Assembly: GCA_020637445.1 (NCBI GenBank)
Contig: JACJVZ010000001.1
Coordinates: forward strand, 1,647,947-1,711,946
Direction: 5' to 3'
Source: Calditrichota bacterium
GTDB lineage: Bacteria; Electryoneota; RPQS01
Length of the DNA stretch: 64,000 bases
The notes beneath the pieces are model-generated. The model was given only the letters and a program-made list of their open reading frames with translations. It ran no database searches and had not been told where the DNA came from. The position numbers and the translations under genes were made by a program. Shown piece after piece: positions 49,988-59,459 of this stretch (its first letter is position 1; the number at the start of each line of letters is the position of its first letter).

Positions 49988-50941
49988 ATGAGCCATTTAT
50001 CTGTTGAGCAAACGGTCAAATCCGGGGTCTTCCGCCGTCAACACACCGTAATTCTAACGTTATCGCTATTGCTTGTTTTAGCGGGTCTTGCTGTTTCCGC
50101 GCCCAGAAAAGTCGCGGAAAGAGCTGGACGAGGCTGTTCGGCGCCGCTCTGGAGCTCCGATAGCCGCTTCATCGCTTTTACAAACATAGATTTAGATACA
50201 TTGTATGTGGTTGAGCCGGCAGAGTCCAGAAAAGAGCAAGAGCTGTACCGCGTGGCACATGCTCTGGGCGTCGGACGGCGTTTCGTATTCGTCCCCGGAG
50301 AGGAGCGGTTAGCGTACCGTGAGATGGTGGGAGCCATTGGAACGCACCCGGATCGAATTATCTCGACATCGTTCTACAGCTATGATCCCAGCATGTTGAC
50401 CAGTAACATGAACAAGATCATTGGACCGTATCGTATTAATAATCAAATATATTATCGCGAGTCCTTGAGCGACCCACTGATCTCGGTGACTGGCGATGAG
50501 CGCACAGCAGGAGCGTACAAAAAAGGCGGCAAATTGGTCGTCAAAAACGCGCAGGGCAACGCTGTGTTTACCTCGGACGGACAGGAAGAACCGGAAGGTT
50601 TTGAGGTCTCGCCGGACGGTCATTGGGTGGCCGCAGTCTTTGCAAAGGACAACGATCATGCAGTTCGCTTGATTCAAATTTCGGATGGCGCAATCATCGA
50701 GCTTGGACGCGGTCGCTGGCCGTCGTGGTCGGGCAACTCGAACCGCGTGGTGTTTGTCCGCGACAAAGAAGAGCTGAAATATGCGGAAATGGTCGTCTAC
50801 GATTTGCAGGTTGGCCAATCGCGGTCGGTGATGGGAGTGAACCAATTTTGGCCGGACGAACCGTCTTTGAACGGAGACGGTTCCAAGGTGGCATTTGTGC
50901 ACGACGGGGAGATTTTCGTCACGGAAGTCACGGGGTTCTGA
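49988..50941 (+). CDS. Hypothetical periplasmic TolB-like / PD40 beta-propeller repeat protein. The ORF opens with GTG at 49925. The probable start is ATG 49988 (MSHLSVEQ..., followed by a signal/TM segment).
   Basis: 'HTVILTLSLLLVLAGLAVSAP' hydrophobic segment. PD40-like repeats 'WSSDSRFIAFT', 'FEVSPDGHWVAAVF', 'WPDEPSLNGDGSKVAFV'. Confidence 0.55.
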   Translation: MSHLSVEQTVKSGVFRRQHTVILTLSLLLVLAGLAVSAPRKVAERAGRGCSAPLWSSDSRFIAFTNIDLDTLYVVEPAESRKEQELYRVAHALGVGRRFVFVPGEERLAYREMVGAIGTHPDRIISTSFYSYDPSMLTSNMNKIIGPYRINNQIYYRESLSDPLISVTGDERTAGAYKKGGKLVVKNAQGNAVFTSDGQEEPEGFEVSPDGHWVAAVFAKDNDHAVRLIQISDGAIIELGRGRWPSWSGNSNRVVFVRDKEELKYAEMVVYDLQVGQSRSVMGVNQFWPDEPSLNGDGSKVAFVHDGEIFVTEVTGF

Positions 50942-50957
50942 TCTATTCGTTTTCAAC

Positions 50958-50988
50958 AAAAAAGCCCGCACAGTGCGGGCTTTTTTTT
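50958..50988. terminator. Bidirectional Rho-independent terminator (A6-GCCCGCA-cag-TGCGGGC-T8).
   Basis: Perfect 7-bp GC stem flanked by A6 and T8, between convergent genes (50941 + / 51025 -). Confidence 0.85.
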
Positions 50989-51024
50989 CGCGGCGGCATC
51001 CGCTGAGGATGCCCCTCGGGCCTG

Positions 51025-52119
51025 TTACGCCTGTTGTAAACACACTTCTCGCAGGGCGGCGGAGAGCATTTCGTTTTGTTCAGGGGTGCCGATGGTCACG
51101 CGCAAGCAATGCGGCAGCATGAACGCGCGCAGCGGACGCACGATGACGCCGCGCTGTTCAAGTCCATTTGAGACTTGCAATGCTTTCTCTTCGCTCGCGA
51201 ACGGAAGCAGGAAGAAATTCGCTCCCGTCGGAATCCACGTGAGTCCGAGCTCATCGAAGAGCTTCGGCAGCTCTTCCCTGCCCTTGCGGTTTGTCTGCTG
51301 CGACAATTCGAGAAACTCGCGATCATCCAGCGCACCGACTCCGGCTCGTTCAGAAATCAGGGACGGCTCAAACGGCAGCTTGACTTTAAGCACGTTGATC
51401 GCCAAATCCTCGTGGGCAAATCCGTAGCCGATACGCAGCGCCGCGAGTCCGTAGGCTTTCGAGAATGTGCGCAGCGTAATCACGTTGTCCATCCGGTACG
51501 ACATGGAGTCGGGATAGTCGGGATATTCCTGCGCGTATTCGTAGTAGGCTTCGTCGAGAATCACCAGCGCATGAGACGGCACGCGCTTCATGAACTTCTC
51601 GAATTCCGGTTTCGTGAAGTACGTTCCGGTCGGATTGTTCGGATTGGCCAGATAAATGATCTTCGTCTTGGGAGTGATCGCATCGGCAATCGCTTCGAGA
51701 TCGAACGCGTAGTTCTTCAGCGGCACGGTCACGAGTTTGACGCCGCGCGAACGCGCCAGCACATAGAGTCCGATGAACGTGCCTTCGGCGGTCAAGACTT
51801 CCTCGTCGTCGCACAAAAACGCGCGGATGATGTTGGCCAGAATCGATTCCGATCCTGATCCGACCACGACGTTTTGCAGTTTGACTTCAAAGAGTTTCGC
51901 GAGCTTATTTCGCAGTGTCAATCCACCGTCGGGATAGAGCTGAATATCCCGGAACGACTCTTGGGCGAGCGCGATGCCTTTGGGCGAAGAGCCCAGCGGA
52001 TTTTCGTTTGAGGCGAGCTTGACAATCTTTTCGATTCCGTATTGCGCGCGAATCTGCGCGGCCGATTTCCCCGGCTGGTACGGAATCAATGCTTCGATGT
52101 AAGGGGGGACTAAAGACAT
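51025..52119 (-). CDS. hisC: Histidinol-phosphate aminotransferase (HisC). The ORF extends to a TTG at 52173. The probable start is ATG 52119 (MSLVPPYIEAL...).
   Basis: 'YQPGKS...KLASNENPLGSSP', 'YPDGG', PLP-Lys region 'TFSKAYGLAALRIGYG'. Confidence 0.9.
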   Translation of the reverse strand: MSLVPPYIEALIPYQPGKSAAQIRAQYGIEKIVKLASNENPLGSSPKGIALAQESFRDIQLYPDGGLTLRNKLAKLFEVKLQNVVVGSGSESILANIIRAFLCDDEEVLTAEGTFIGLYVLARSRGVKLVTVPLKNYAFDLEAIADAITPKTKIIYLANPNNPTGTYFTKPEFEKFMKRVPSHALVILDEAYYEYAQEYPDYPDSMSYRMDNVITLRTFSKAYGLAALRIGYGFAHEDLAINVLKVKLPFEPSLISERAGVGALDDREFLELSQQTNRKGREELPKLFDELGLTWIPTGANFFLLPFASEEKALQVSNGLEQRGVIVRPLRAFMLPHCLRVTIGTPEQNEMLSAALREVCLQQA

Positions 52120-52306
52120 GATTGTGAATTTATTTAAGCTGCTGTTATCCCGATAAACGCTAACAATTGACAAAACGGAAGTTCTTTATAAACAATGCTA
52201 TTTAAGTTGAAAGCGAGTCGGCTTCGCTAAAGGTAACTGATTCATAACTTGGAAATATACGGAATTTGAACATTTGTGTCAAGGGACAAATGCTTTCAAA
52301 AGGGCA

Positions 52307-52330
52307 ATAAAAAAGGCAGCCCGTGCCGCC
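52307..52330 (-). terminator. Rho-independent terminator on the minus strand (GGCGGC-acgg-GCTGCC then T6AT), about 100 nt downstream of the 137-aa ORF.
   Basis: 6-bp stem (one G-U pair) followed by UUUUUUAUU on the minus strand. Confidence 0.5.
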
Positions 52331-52430
52331 CACGAAAGTTTTGTAATATCAATCTCTCAAGGCTCCAAGTTAGGCGTTATGTCCGCCTGTGCTATCAATG
52401 TAAAATCTAAGCGTACCATCGAGGAAGAAC

Positions 52431-52844
52431 TCAATCAGGATTTGACTGCGGAGATTGGCCCATATTGATCCCAAATGCGCCATGCAACTCACCGAGATCC
52501 GCACCCGGGGTGAATCGACCTCGAACCGCGCCTCCGCGCCAGATGTGAATGCTACCGTCTGTCTTCAGCGCTTTGGACTCATTGCTCGCGTCTATGATTT
52601 CGGCGCGGTAGCCGCCCGCGTTTGCATCACCGTCAACCTTGAGTAGCGGAGAAGTCTGTGAGCTGAGATTTCTTAAGCGGGTACTGCCCAGTACGTCAAG
52701 GGCGGCGTTAGAACCTGAAAGTTCCTCAATGTGAACTCTGTAATTGCTTGGCGCACCGCCGCCACTTCCATTGACGCTCAGTTTCTTTCCTTGCGAATCC
52801 ATGTCCTGATCATTCCAAGTGTTTTGTGGATTTCCCCATGACAT
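52431..52844 (-). CDS. Hypothetical Gly/Ser/Asn-rich 137-aa protein with no signal peptide. Co-oriented with the upstream lipoprotein gene, 26 nt downstream of it.
   Basis: ORF only. No recognised motif. Confidence 0.35.
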   Translation of the reverse strand: MSWGNPQNTWNDQDMDSQGKKLSVNGSGGGAPSNYRVHIEELSGSNAALDVLGSTRLRNLSSQTSPLLKVDGDANAGGYRAEIIDASNESKALKTDGSIHIWRGGAVRGRFTPGADLGELHGAFGINMGQSPQSNPD

Positions 52845-52870
52845 GATTGTACTCCGTTTCTGGTTGGTTA

Positions 52871-53968
52871 TTAGTACGCATAGGGGCCTCCAAATGGCCC
52901 TATGTCAGATATTGTACTATCACGATCAAATATGCTAGGATTGCCCCTATCAATTGCGGGAGAACCTTGCAAAAGCCGCCCGCCTTCAAAATCGAGAAGA
53001 GGATCTGCGAAAATGTCACCATTTCCAGGCTCAAACGACTGATAATTCTGTTGATTCTGCCAAAACAAATTATAGCCATATTCAACGGGATTTCGTGAGA
53101 GTGAGGCATTCCAGAGTGCGACATTCATTGCATACTGAAGAATGTTATTGTAGAACTCACCCCATAGATATGCCAATTGTACACATGTACGAGAACCTGT
53201 AAACAAGTTATTTGTTATGTGTCCATTGGAGTAGCTAACAATCATCAGCCAATCTGTAGAATCTAAAGAGAGTGAGTTATTGTAGAAATTCACTCTTGAA
53301 CCATCGGCAAAGTAGGCTAAATACGTCCCTCCTGTCATGGTAAAACCACGAATCGTTGCAATTTGAGCAGAGGCAGGGCAGTAATAGCAGTTGCTCGCTC
53401 CGTTAGCATTTATACTGCACGTCGTCGGCCCCTGTTCCGACTCCAACCAAATCCCCTTTCCGAACGTATTGAGAGTTTCGTAATAGGTTCCTGACCGGAC
53501 TCTAATCGTATCGAAGTCGGCGGATGCATTTATTGCGTCTTGAATTCTCGCAAAATCATCCGGCACCCAGATAAGTTGTGGTCCTTGGGCTACAGAATTG
53601 GATACATTTATTCGCAGTACGGGACTGATGCCGAGATTGCCATATTCATCCGTTGCACGCACTTCCAGAAGATGCACACCGTCAAGCAGCGAGTCCGTTG
53701 TCAACTCAAAACGGTATGGGATCGAAAACGAAGATTGTCTCGGTGCGCCATCGACATAAGCTTGTATAGAGGCAATCGCGGAGCTGTCGGAGATTTCGAA
53801 ATCCACGCCAACCGTGCCTCTCGTTTCCGGATCAGGCTGCGTACGCCACTCGATGATTGGCGGTTGCCAGTCCTCGGGCGAAGTGACGTTGGTAATGAAC
53901 GTATCACCATCTTTGCAGCCGATGATCGTAAGAAGAAATAAAACGATGAATCCAAGTTTGAGTCGCAT
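52871..53968 (-). CDS. Lipoprotein with an Ig-like domain followed by a right-handed parallel beta-helix (pectin-lyase-fold, PbH1-type) domain.
   Basis: Lipobox 'LLTIIGCKDG'. 'VRATDEYGNLGISPVLRINV' (Big-like). Degenerate beta-helix rungs with 'NNSLS...NNLFTG...NNILQ...NLFWQN'. SD GGAGG 5 nt upstream of the ATG. Confidence 0.55.
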   Translation of the reverse strand: MRLKLGFIVLFLLTIIGCKDGDTFITNVTSPEDWQPPIIEWRTQPDPETRGTVGVDFEISDSSAIASIQAYVDGAPRQSSFSIPYRFELTTDSLLDGVHLLEVRATDEYGNLGISPVLRINVSNSVAQGPQLIWVPDDFARIQDAINASADFDTIRVRSGTYYETLNTFGKGIWLESEQGPTTCSINANGASNCYYCPASAQIATIRGFTMTGGTYLAYFADGSRVNFYNNSLSLDSTDWLMIVSYSNGHITNNLFTGSRTCVQLAYLWGEFYNNILQYAMNVALWNASLSRNPVEYGYNLFWQNQQNYQSFEPGNGDIFADPLLDFEGGRLLQGSPAIDRGNPSIFDRDSTISDIGPFGGPYAY

Positions 53969-54052
53969 GACGACCTCCTGAAGTGGTTGTCAGAATGTAG
54001 TTCTTGTTTGGGTAAACCGCAATCTCAATTGGAACGTCCGCTACAAACACTG

Positions 54053-54089
54053 CTGCGCAAAAAGCAAACACCTCCCGAATCGGGAGGTG
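54053..54089 (-). terminator. Rho-independent terminator on the minus strand (CACCTCCCG-att-CGGGAGGTG then UUUGCUUUUUG), downstream of the 54196..56133 gene.
   Basis: 9-bp perfect stem with a U-rich tail on the minus strand. Confidence 0.65.
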
Positions 54090-54195
54090 CTTGTGTGATT
54101 TTCATGCTTTGTTTACAGATTCCGGCAGGGAACCGCTGCGCTTAATCCCTGCTCGGCGAAACGGGGCATCCCCGGCGGATACCGCCGCGGTTATG

Positions 54196-56133
54196 TTATT
54201 TCAGCAGCACCATTTTCCGTGTCATCGACGTGCCGTCGAAGTCGAGCAGGGAGAAATAGACTCCGCTGGCGAAACCACTACCGTCGAAGGTCACAACATG
54301 CGCGCCCGCATTCATCGTTTCATCCACGAGCGTCGCAACTTGGCGGCCTGTCACATCGAACACCGCGAGTTTGACATTTCCGGCCTTGGCCAAATCAAAC
54401 TGAATATTCGTCGTAGGATTGAACGGATTCGGGTAGTTTTGATGAAGCATCATTTCGCCCGGCAATTCGGCACGGTCGCCGACTGCAGAACTTGTGGTAT
54501 CCGGGAAGCCCGAAGAATCGGCATGGAACGCCCAAATTTCCTGCAGCGGCAGAGTCGGAATATCACCGACGGGTATACGCATGTAGATCATGTCGTTCAA
54601 CGTCGCGGGACCTTCCGCTCCATTGGCAGAGACCGCGCTGCCGCACGCATAGTCGTGCATGTACAGCGTGTGAATTTCGCCGTTCGAAATGTACTTGGCA
54701 GTGTTGATATCGCGCTCGCTGGGATCATTTCCTGTCGGCTGATTGGGCATGCCCGGAGTGTTCGACACGTTGGTCGGCAGTGCCCACGTCAAGCCGTTGT
54801 CCGTCGAGACACTCATGTAAAACTCGCCCATCGGATAGAGCAAATCACTGTAAGCGACCGAATCAAATTGCTGGAACGAACAGTAGAGATACCCGTTTGT
54901 CGTGTCAATGGCCAAACTCGGACGTTGACACATCAGATTGTTGACGCCGAGGCCGTTGGCCAAAGAATCGTTTATGTAATAGGCTTGGTTGATGAGGCTG
55001 TACATCTCGCGGTCTTCGCCCCAATGCCACATGGTCGCGTAAATCAACCCGTACGGTCCGGGAACACAACTTTCATCGACCGCGAAGTAGGCTTGTGCCG
55101 TGAACGCAACGTGCACGTTGTCATCGTCATCCATGATCAAAGACAGATCGAGCCACGGACGGAACGTGTCCCCCACGCAGGTCGCGTAGTCGCCACCGGT
55201 CGAACAGCACGTCGTATCATTCGGCGGAAGGTTCGTCACAGAGATCGTTTCACCCCAGTTGAGGCCGCCGTCTTCGGAGATCTTGAGCAGGATATTCTCG
55301 TCGTCAAGGAAGCCGACTGGATCAACGGGATCGGCAATCCATGCCACAGCGACGCGGTTGGTCAGCCGCGAACAAGCGACGTCAATCGTGATGAACGACG
55401 CTTCTTCCCACGGTGTTTCAAATTCTTGTTCCCAGTCGATGGCCAATCCGTAACCGTTTTCGTACGCCGGCACGCCGCGCGCATAATACTCCGCGCTGGC
55501 TCCGCCGCTTTCGGTGGCCACCATGTGGATTTTGCCATCAATATCCATGTCGATATGCGGCCAGATGATTTGCGGTTCTCCGGCGGGATAAGGAACTTCA
55601 AAGCCCGTGAAGGCTGCCGAACAAGTGTCAAAATCGATCGCCGCGACAGCGTGCGGATTGCTGATCGGAATATCATGATAGGCCGGGAATCCAAATCCGT
55701 TTTCCCATGCGGCGACATTGCAAAAACCGGCACGGGAACCAAGATTTACGCGGATGCCGCCCGGATACAAAAAGCTGTCGGCTTCGGCACTGAAACAATT
55801 GTAATAGACGTGCCGGTCGGCGGAGCCTTCCTGCTCACCTTTCGTCCATGCTACGTGCACATTGCCAAACGGATCAACGGCGATGGTCTTGCCGTGCGTG
55901 CCGTTGGTCTGGTAGTCATACCACGTCGTTCCCGCCACATAGTATGTCGAATTGGGAGTACCACCTTCGTCATCCAAACTATGTCCCGGGACACGCTGCA
56001 GGGCAGTGGCTGTTACCTCCTCAGTCCCATCCATGGCGACCGGGCCCATGACCTTGACCTTTGCGGGAAACGCAAAGGAGTTTATAAATGCAATACAAAC
56101 AAATAGTAACGCGATCAGGATTCGCCCTATCAT
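54196..56133 (-). CDS. T9SS-secreted BNR/Asp-box repeat (sialidase-like beta-propeller fold) protein. Candidate glycoside hydrolase or glycan-binding protein.
   Basis: Signal peptide 'MIGRILIALLFVCIAFINSFA'. Asp-boxes 'SVSTDNGLTWA', 'ISEDGGLNWGE'. T9SS CTD 'HQNYPNPFNPTTNIQFDLAKAGNVKLAVFDVTGRQVATL...GVYFSLL'. Confidence 0.7.
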   Translation of the reverse strand: MIGRILIALLFVCIAFINSFAFPAKVKVMGPVAMDGTEEVTATALQRVPGHSLDDEGGTPNSTYYVAGTTWYDYQTNGTHGKTIAVDPFGNVHVAWTKGEQEGSADRHVYYNCFSAEADSFLYPGGIRVNLGSRAGFCNVAAWENGFGFPAYHDIPISNPHAVAAIDFDTCSAAFTGFEVPYPAGEPQIIWPHIDMDIDGKIHMVATESGGASAEYYARGVPAYENGYGLAIDWEQEFETPWEEASFITIDVACSRLTNRVAVAWIADPVDPVGFLDDENILLKISEDGGLNWGETISVTNLPPNDTTCCSTGGDYATCVGDTFRPWLDLSLIMDDDDNVHVAFTAQAYFAVDESCVPGPYGLIYATMWHWGEDREMYSLINQAYYINDSLANGLGVNNLMCQRPSLAIDTTNGYLYCSFQQFDSVAYSDLLYPMGEFYMSVSTDNGLTWALPTNVSNTPGMPNQPTGNDPSERDINTAKYISNGEIHTLYMHDYACGSAVSANGAEGPATLNDMIYMRIPVGDIPTLPLQEIWAFHADSSGFPDTTSSAVGDRAELPGEMMLHQNYPNPFNPTTNIQFDLAKAGNVKLAVFDVTGRQVATLVDETMNAGAHVVTFDGSGFASGVYFSLLDFDGTSMTRKMVLLK

Positions 56134-56259
56134 GTGACACCTCCGCGGTAAATACTGGGACCCTATTACATTTCAAAAGAAAAGGTAGAGCGAATGTACA
56201 GAAAAGTCAAGCGCCTTCCACACGGAAGGCGCTTTTCTTTAGGATTTGATTTCTGTGGC

Positions 56260-57096
56260 TCAGTCCGCAATCGTATCCGTCACGACAACATCGAACGTGT
56301 CACAGCCGACAGCGCAGAAGATACCTTTTCCGCCGATGACATTGGATTCGGGATCGTTGGTAGTCGAACCGAATTGCACGGAGCCTAAGTAATTCCACCA
56401 CACGGTATCGCATGAGAAAGCGCGCAGCCGCGTCGGGCCCTCGTAGCACAATGTAATCCACGGCAACAGAAGCCCAGAAATGTCCCGGCTGGCCCAAGCA
56501 AACAAATAGCTGCCCGGACCGTTGTCATTTCCGAAATCACAGCTCTCGCCGTATTTCGACTGGTCCATCGCTTCAATCAGCACGGCGTAGGCGTAGTTTG
56601 CCGAGTCCGTCGTCCAGTTCATTTGCAAGTAGTCTCCGCCGTACTCCAGCGTATCGGGATCGGGACGAATTTCGCCGGTGTTGACGTTGAACAAGAACAC
56701 GTCGGTGAGTTCAAGAGCGGCTGCGGAAGTCGTATGCGCACGGAGCGAGTCCCCGTCCTTGGCAACCAGCAAGTCGTACGCCTTACTCTTAGTTACGAGC
56801 GGAGCCGAGTCCGCGGCGGCATAGGTCCCTTCGATCCCGGAGATTGCTTCGGTCAAGGGATAGCTCACTCCATCCACGGTTACAAAAACGTCCGCTCCGG
56901 TAATGCGCACCGAATCGGCATAGTATGCTTGGTCGAACGGAATCACTTTGGTCAGAGAAATCTGCATGCGCTGTCCCACCCACATAAATCCGTCCACTAC
57001 GATTTCTTCGTGGTACTTGCTGGGTTTCTCGTCGTCGCATGCCGTGAGCACAAACATGCCAAACAACACCAGTAGAATATAAGAGATGTATTTCAT
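56260..57096 (-). CDS. Lipoprotein of unknown function. Resembles the DUF4249-type lipoproteins usually encoded next to TonB-dependent receptors (tentative).
   Basis: Lipobox 'LVLFGMFVLTACDDE'. Positioned 2 nt downstream of the TonB-dependent receptor gene. Confidence 0.45.
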   Translation of the reverse strand: MKYISYILLVLFGMFVLTACDDEKPSKYHEEIVVDGFMWVGQRMQISLTKVIPFDQAYYADSVRITGADVFVTVDGVSYPLTEAISGIEGTYAAADSAPLVTKSKAYDLLVAKDGDSLRAHTTSAAALELTDVFLFNVNTGEIRPDPDTLEYGGDYLQMNWTTDSANYAYAVLIEAMDQSKYGESCDFGNDNGPGSYLFAWASRDISGLLLPWITLCYEGPTRLRAFSCDTVWWNYLGSVQFGSTTNDPESNVIGGKGIFCAVGCDTFDVVVTDTIAD

Positions 57097-57098
57097 GT

Positions 57099-59351
57099 TT
57101 AGAACTCCGCGGTAAAGCCAAGTGACGGCAAGAACGGCAACTGTCCGCCGATGTTCAATCCTACCGGATTGGTTGAGAAGTCAGTCGTTAGGAACAGCGG
57201 ATTCTTGCGGTTGAATACGTTAATGATTTCGAAATACGGCGAGAAGGTGCACCAGTTCCAATGGTATTTCAACCTGTAGGCGACGTCCACGCGCACATAC
57301 GCATCAAACCGCTCGCCGAACTTCCAACCTTGCTGGAAGAAATGGGCGGGCAACCCAAGACCCGGACTGTACGCTCCCGTCGGTTTTGTGTACGGCAAAC
57401 CGGAAGAGTAGTTCATGCGCATTTCCAGACTTCCACGCTGGCGAATCTTTCTGCTGACGAACAGATTCGTATTGTGCTGTCGGTCGAAGAATGCAGGGAA
57501 CGACAGGCCGTCGTCAATGGCCTCGAAATCTGCGAAAGCCCCGAAGATTCTCCTTGATCTTCCCCAGCCATAGCCCCAACTCATTTCATAGGCGCCGAAA
57601 TTTCCGCCTATGGAAAGGTCGAATCCGTAGGCATAACCTTTTCCGACGCGAACGTAGTCTTCAAGATCGGTGTCTCCGTCATCCATGACGTCGACGAGAT
57701 CGAGCTGCACGAGATTCTGGAATTTCTTGTAATATGCGCCGCCGGAAAGTTTGAAGCGTCCCAAACTGTCGTCGACAAATGTCAGCGCGTAGTGTTGCCC
57801 GCGCGCGATACCGAACCGGTCGCTCAAGGGTACATAGGAATCGAACAGCGACGCATCTTCACCCAGCCGCATTTGCTGCAAGTACTGAGTGTAGAGACCC
57901 CATGCCCCGCTGACGTAGGCTCCCGGTCCCAAGTCGCGCCGCGCGGCAAGACGGGGACTAACTTCCGATTCATCGGTCACACCGTAGTATTCGTAACGCA
58001 GTCCCGGACTGAAGGTCCAATCTTCGGTAAACCTGTAGTCATCAGTCGCGTATAAGGAATACAATTCGCCGGAATATGTGTTTTTGCCGAACAGGAAGTC
58101 GTTCGTGTTTGCTTCCAGCGCAGAGCTAAAGAATTTGCCTTCGACGCCGAATTGAAGCGTGTTGCGTGCATTGGCGTAATAGGTAAAGTCCGACTCCGCC
58201 GTCAAGTCATTGATATAGTTTCTCCATTCGAACCAGTCTTGTCCGGTCTCGAAGCGCTGGTTCCCGTAGTATTTGCTTCCGGCGAACGTGGAGTGCGAAT
58301 AGAGTTTCGGCGAAAAGATATGCACGAAGGGAACGCTGAAGGTGCGGTTTCCCCACGTGAGCCGCAGACGGTCATCCGTCGCCGACGAAAGCTGGAGAAT
58401 GTCGTCACCCCAATACACAGACGGCGAGATACGGTCACCGTTGGCAAAGTCGCGGTTTATCTTGGCGTTGAAATCGTAGAAATAGTAAGGGAATTCATCT
58501 TCGATGATTCCCGCACTCTTGAAAGCTTTGGTCGCCGCGTCAATATAGGTTCTGCGTCCGGCTACGAGCCACGATCCTTGCGGCATCGGGCCTTCCAGCA
58601 TTGCGGTCGAAGACAACAGTGACAATCCGACCTTACCTTCGACTTTGTTGCGATTTCCTTCCCTGTCCGCGACATCGACGACCGCCGAGAGCCGTCCTCC
58701 GTATTGCGCGCCGAATCCGCCTTTAATCAGCTTGACGTCCTTGACGGCATCCATATTAAAGATTGAAAACAAACCACCGAGATGGGTTGGTTTGTAGACA
58801 TTGATTCCGTTCAAGAGAATCAAGTTCTGGTCGCCCGAGCCTCCCCAGATATTCAGCTCGGCTGAAAAATCGCTGGACGGGAGAACACCCGCCGTGGCTT
58901 GTAGGGCACGCATCAAATCTGGCTCGGCAAGCTGCGGCAGCTTCATCAGTTCTTTCGGCGTGACTTCGATCTGCGCAACTTTGGGAGCAAACTCCGGCTC
59001 CTTGTCCCGCATCCCGAGAATTTCGACGGCCTTGAACTGAATCGCCGCGTCCTGCATTCTCACATCGATGTTTTGGTTTTGGCCCTCCTTTACCTTGATC
59101 GGTTTCCGCAACTGCTCGTAGCCCAGCGAATTGAACACCAAAGTGTAATCGCCCGGCTCAAGATTCGGAATCGAGAAGAACCCTTCGACATTGGCCGCCG
59201 CTCCCCGGTTAGTTCCTTCGACGACCACGGCAACGGAGGGTATCGATTCCCCGGTTGACTGGTCTTTGATCTTCCCGGAAACCGTGGTATTCCCCAATGC
59301 CACGGCGGTCATCCCGAAGATCAGGAGGATGACCTGAACAAGTTTACCCAT
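57099..59351 (-). CDS. TonB-dependent outer-membrane receptor-like protein with an N-terminal carboxypeptidase-regulatory-like (CarboxypepD_reg) domain.
   Basis: Signal peptide. 'VSGKIKDQSTGESIPSVAVVVEGTNRGAAANVEGFFSIPNLEPGDYTLVFNSLGYE'. Plug-like 'ELNIWGGSGDQNLILLNGINVYKPTHLGGLFSIFN'. C-terminal '...LGFTAEF'. Confidence 0.8.
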   Translation of the reverse strand: MGKLVQVILLIFGMTAVALGNTTVSGKIKDQSTGESIPSVAVVVEGTNRGAAANVEGFFSIPNLEPGDYTLVFNSLGYEQLRKPIKVKEGQNQNIDVRMQDAAIQFKAVEILGMRDKEPEFAPKVAQIEVTPKELMKLPQLAEPDLMRALQATAGVLPSSDFSAELNIWGGSGDQNLILLNGINVYKPTHLGGLFSIFNMDAVKDVKLIKGGFGAQYGGRLSAVVDVADREGNRNKVEGKVGLSLLSSTAMLEGPMPQGSWLVAGRRTYIDAATKAFKSAGIIEDEFPYYFYDFNAKINRDFANGDRISPSVYWGDDILQLSSATDDRLRLTWGNRTFSVPFVHIFSPKLYSHSTFAGSKYYGNQRFETGQDWFEWRNYINDLTAESDFTYYANARNTLQFGVEGKFFSSALEANTNDFLFGKNTYSGELYSLYATDDYRFTEDWTFSPGLRYEYYGVTDESEVSPRLAARRDLGPGAYVSGAWGLYTQYLQQMRLGEDASLFDSYVPLSDRFGIARGQHYALTFVDDSLGRFKLSGGAYYKKFQNLVQLDLVDVMDDGDTDLEDYVRVGKGYAYGFDLSIGGNFGAYEMSWGYGWGRSRRIFGAFADFEAIDDGLSFPAFFDRQHNTNLFVSRKIRQRGSLEMRMNYSSGLPYTKPTGAYSPGLGLPAHFFQQGWKFGERFDAYVRVDVAYRLKYHWNWCTFSPYFEIINVFNRKNPLFLTTDFSTNPVGLNIGGQLPFLPSLGFTAEF

Positions 59352-59459
59352 GATTTATACACTCCAAATTCATTAACAAATGGCCTTGCGGCCTACCCTC
59401 AGGTTTGCTAACTTATGACAACTTGATTTTGATATGGTTTAATTGGTGAAATTTAGTGC

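Noticed and set aside
52274-52468. 64-aa plus-strand ORF.
   Set aside because: Overlaps the minus-strand terminator hairpin and the 3' end of the 137-aa ORF. No support.
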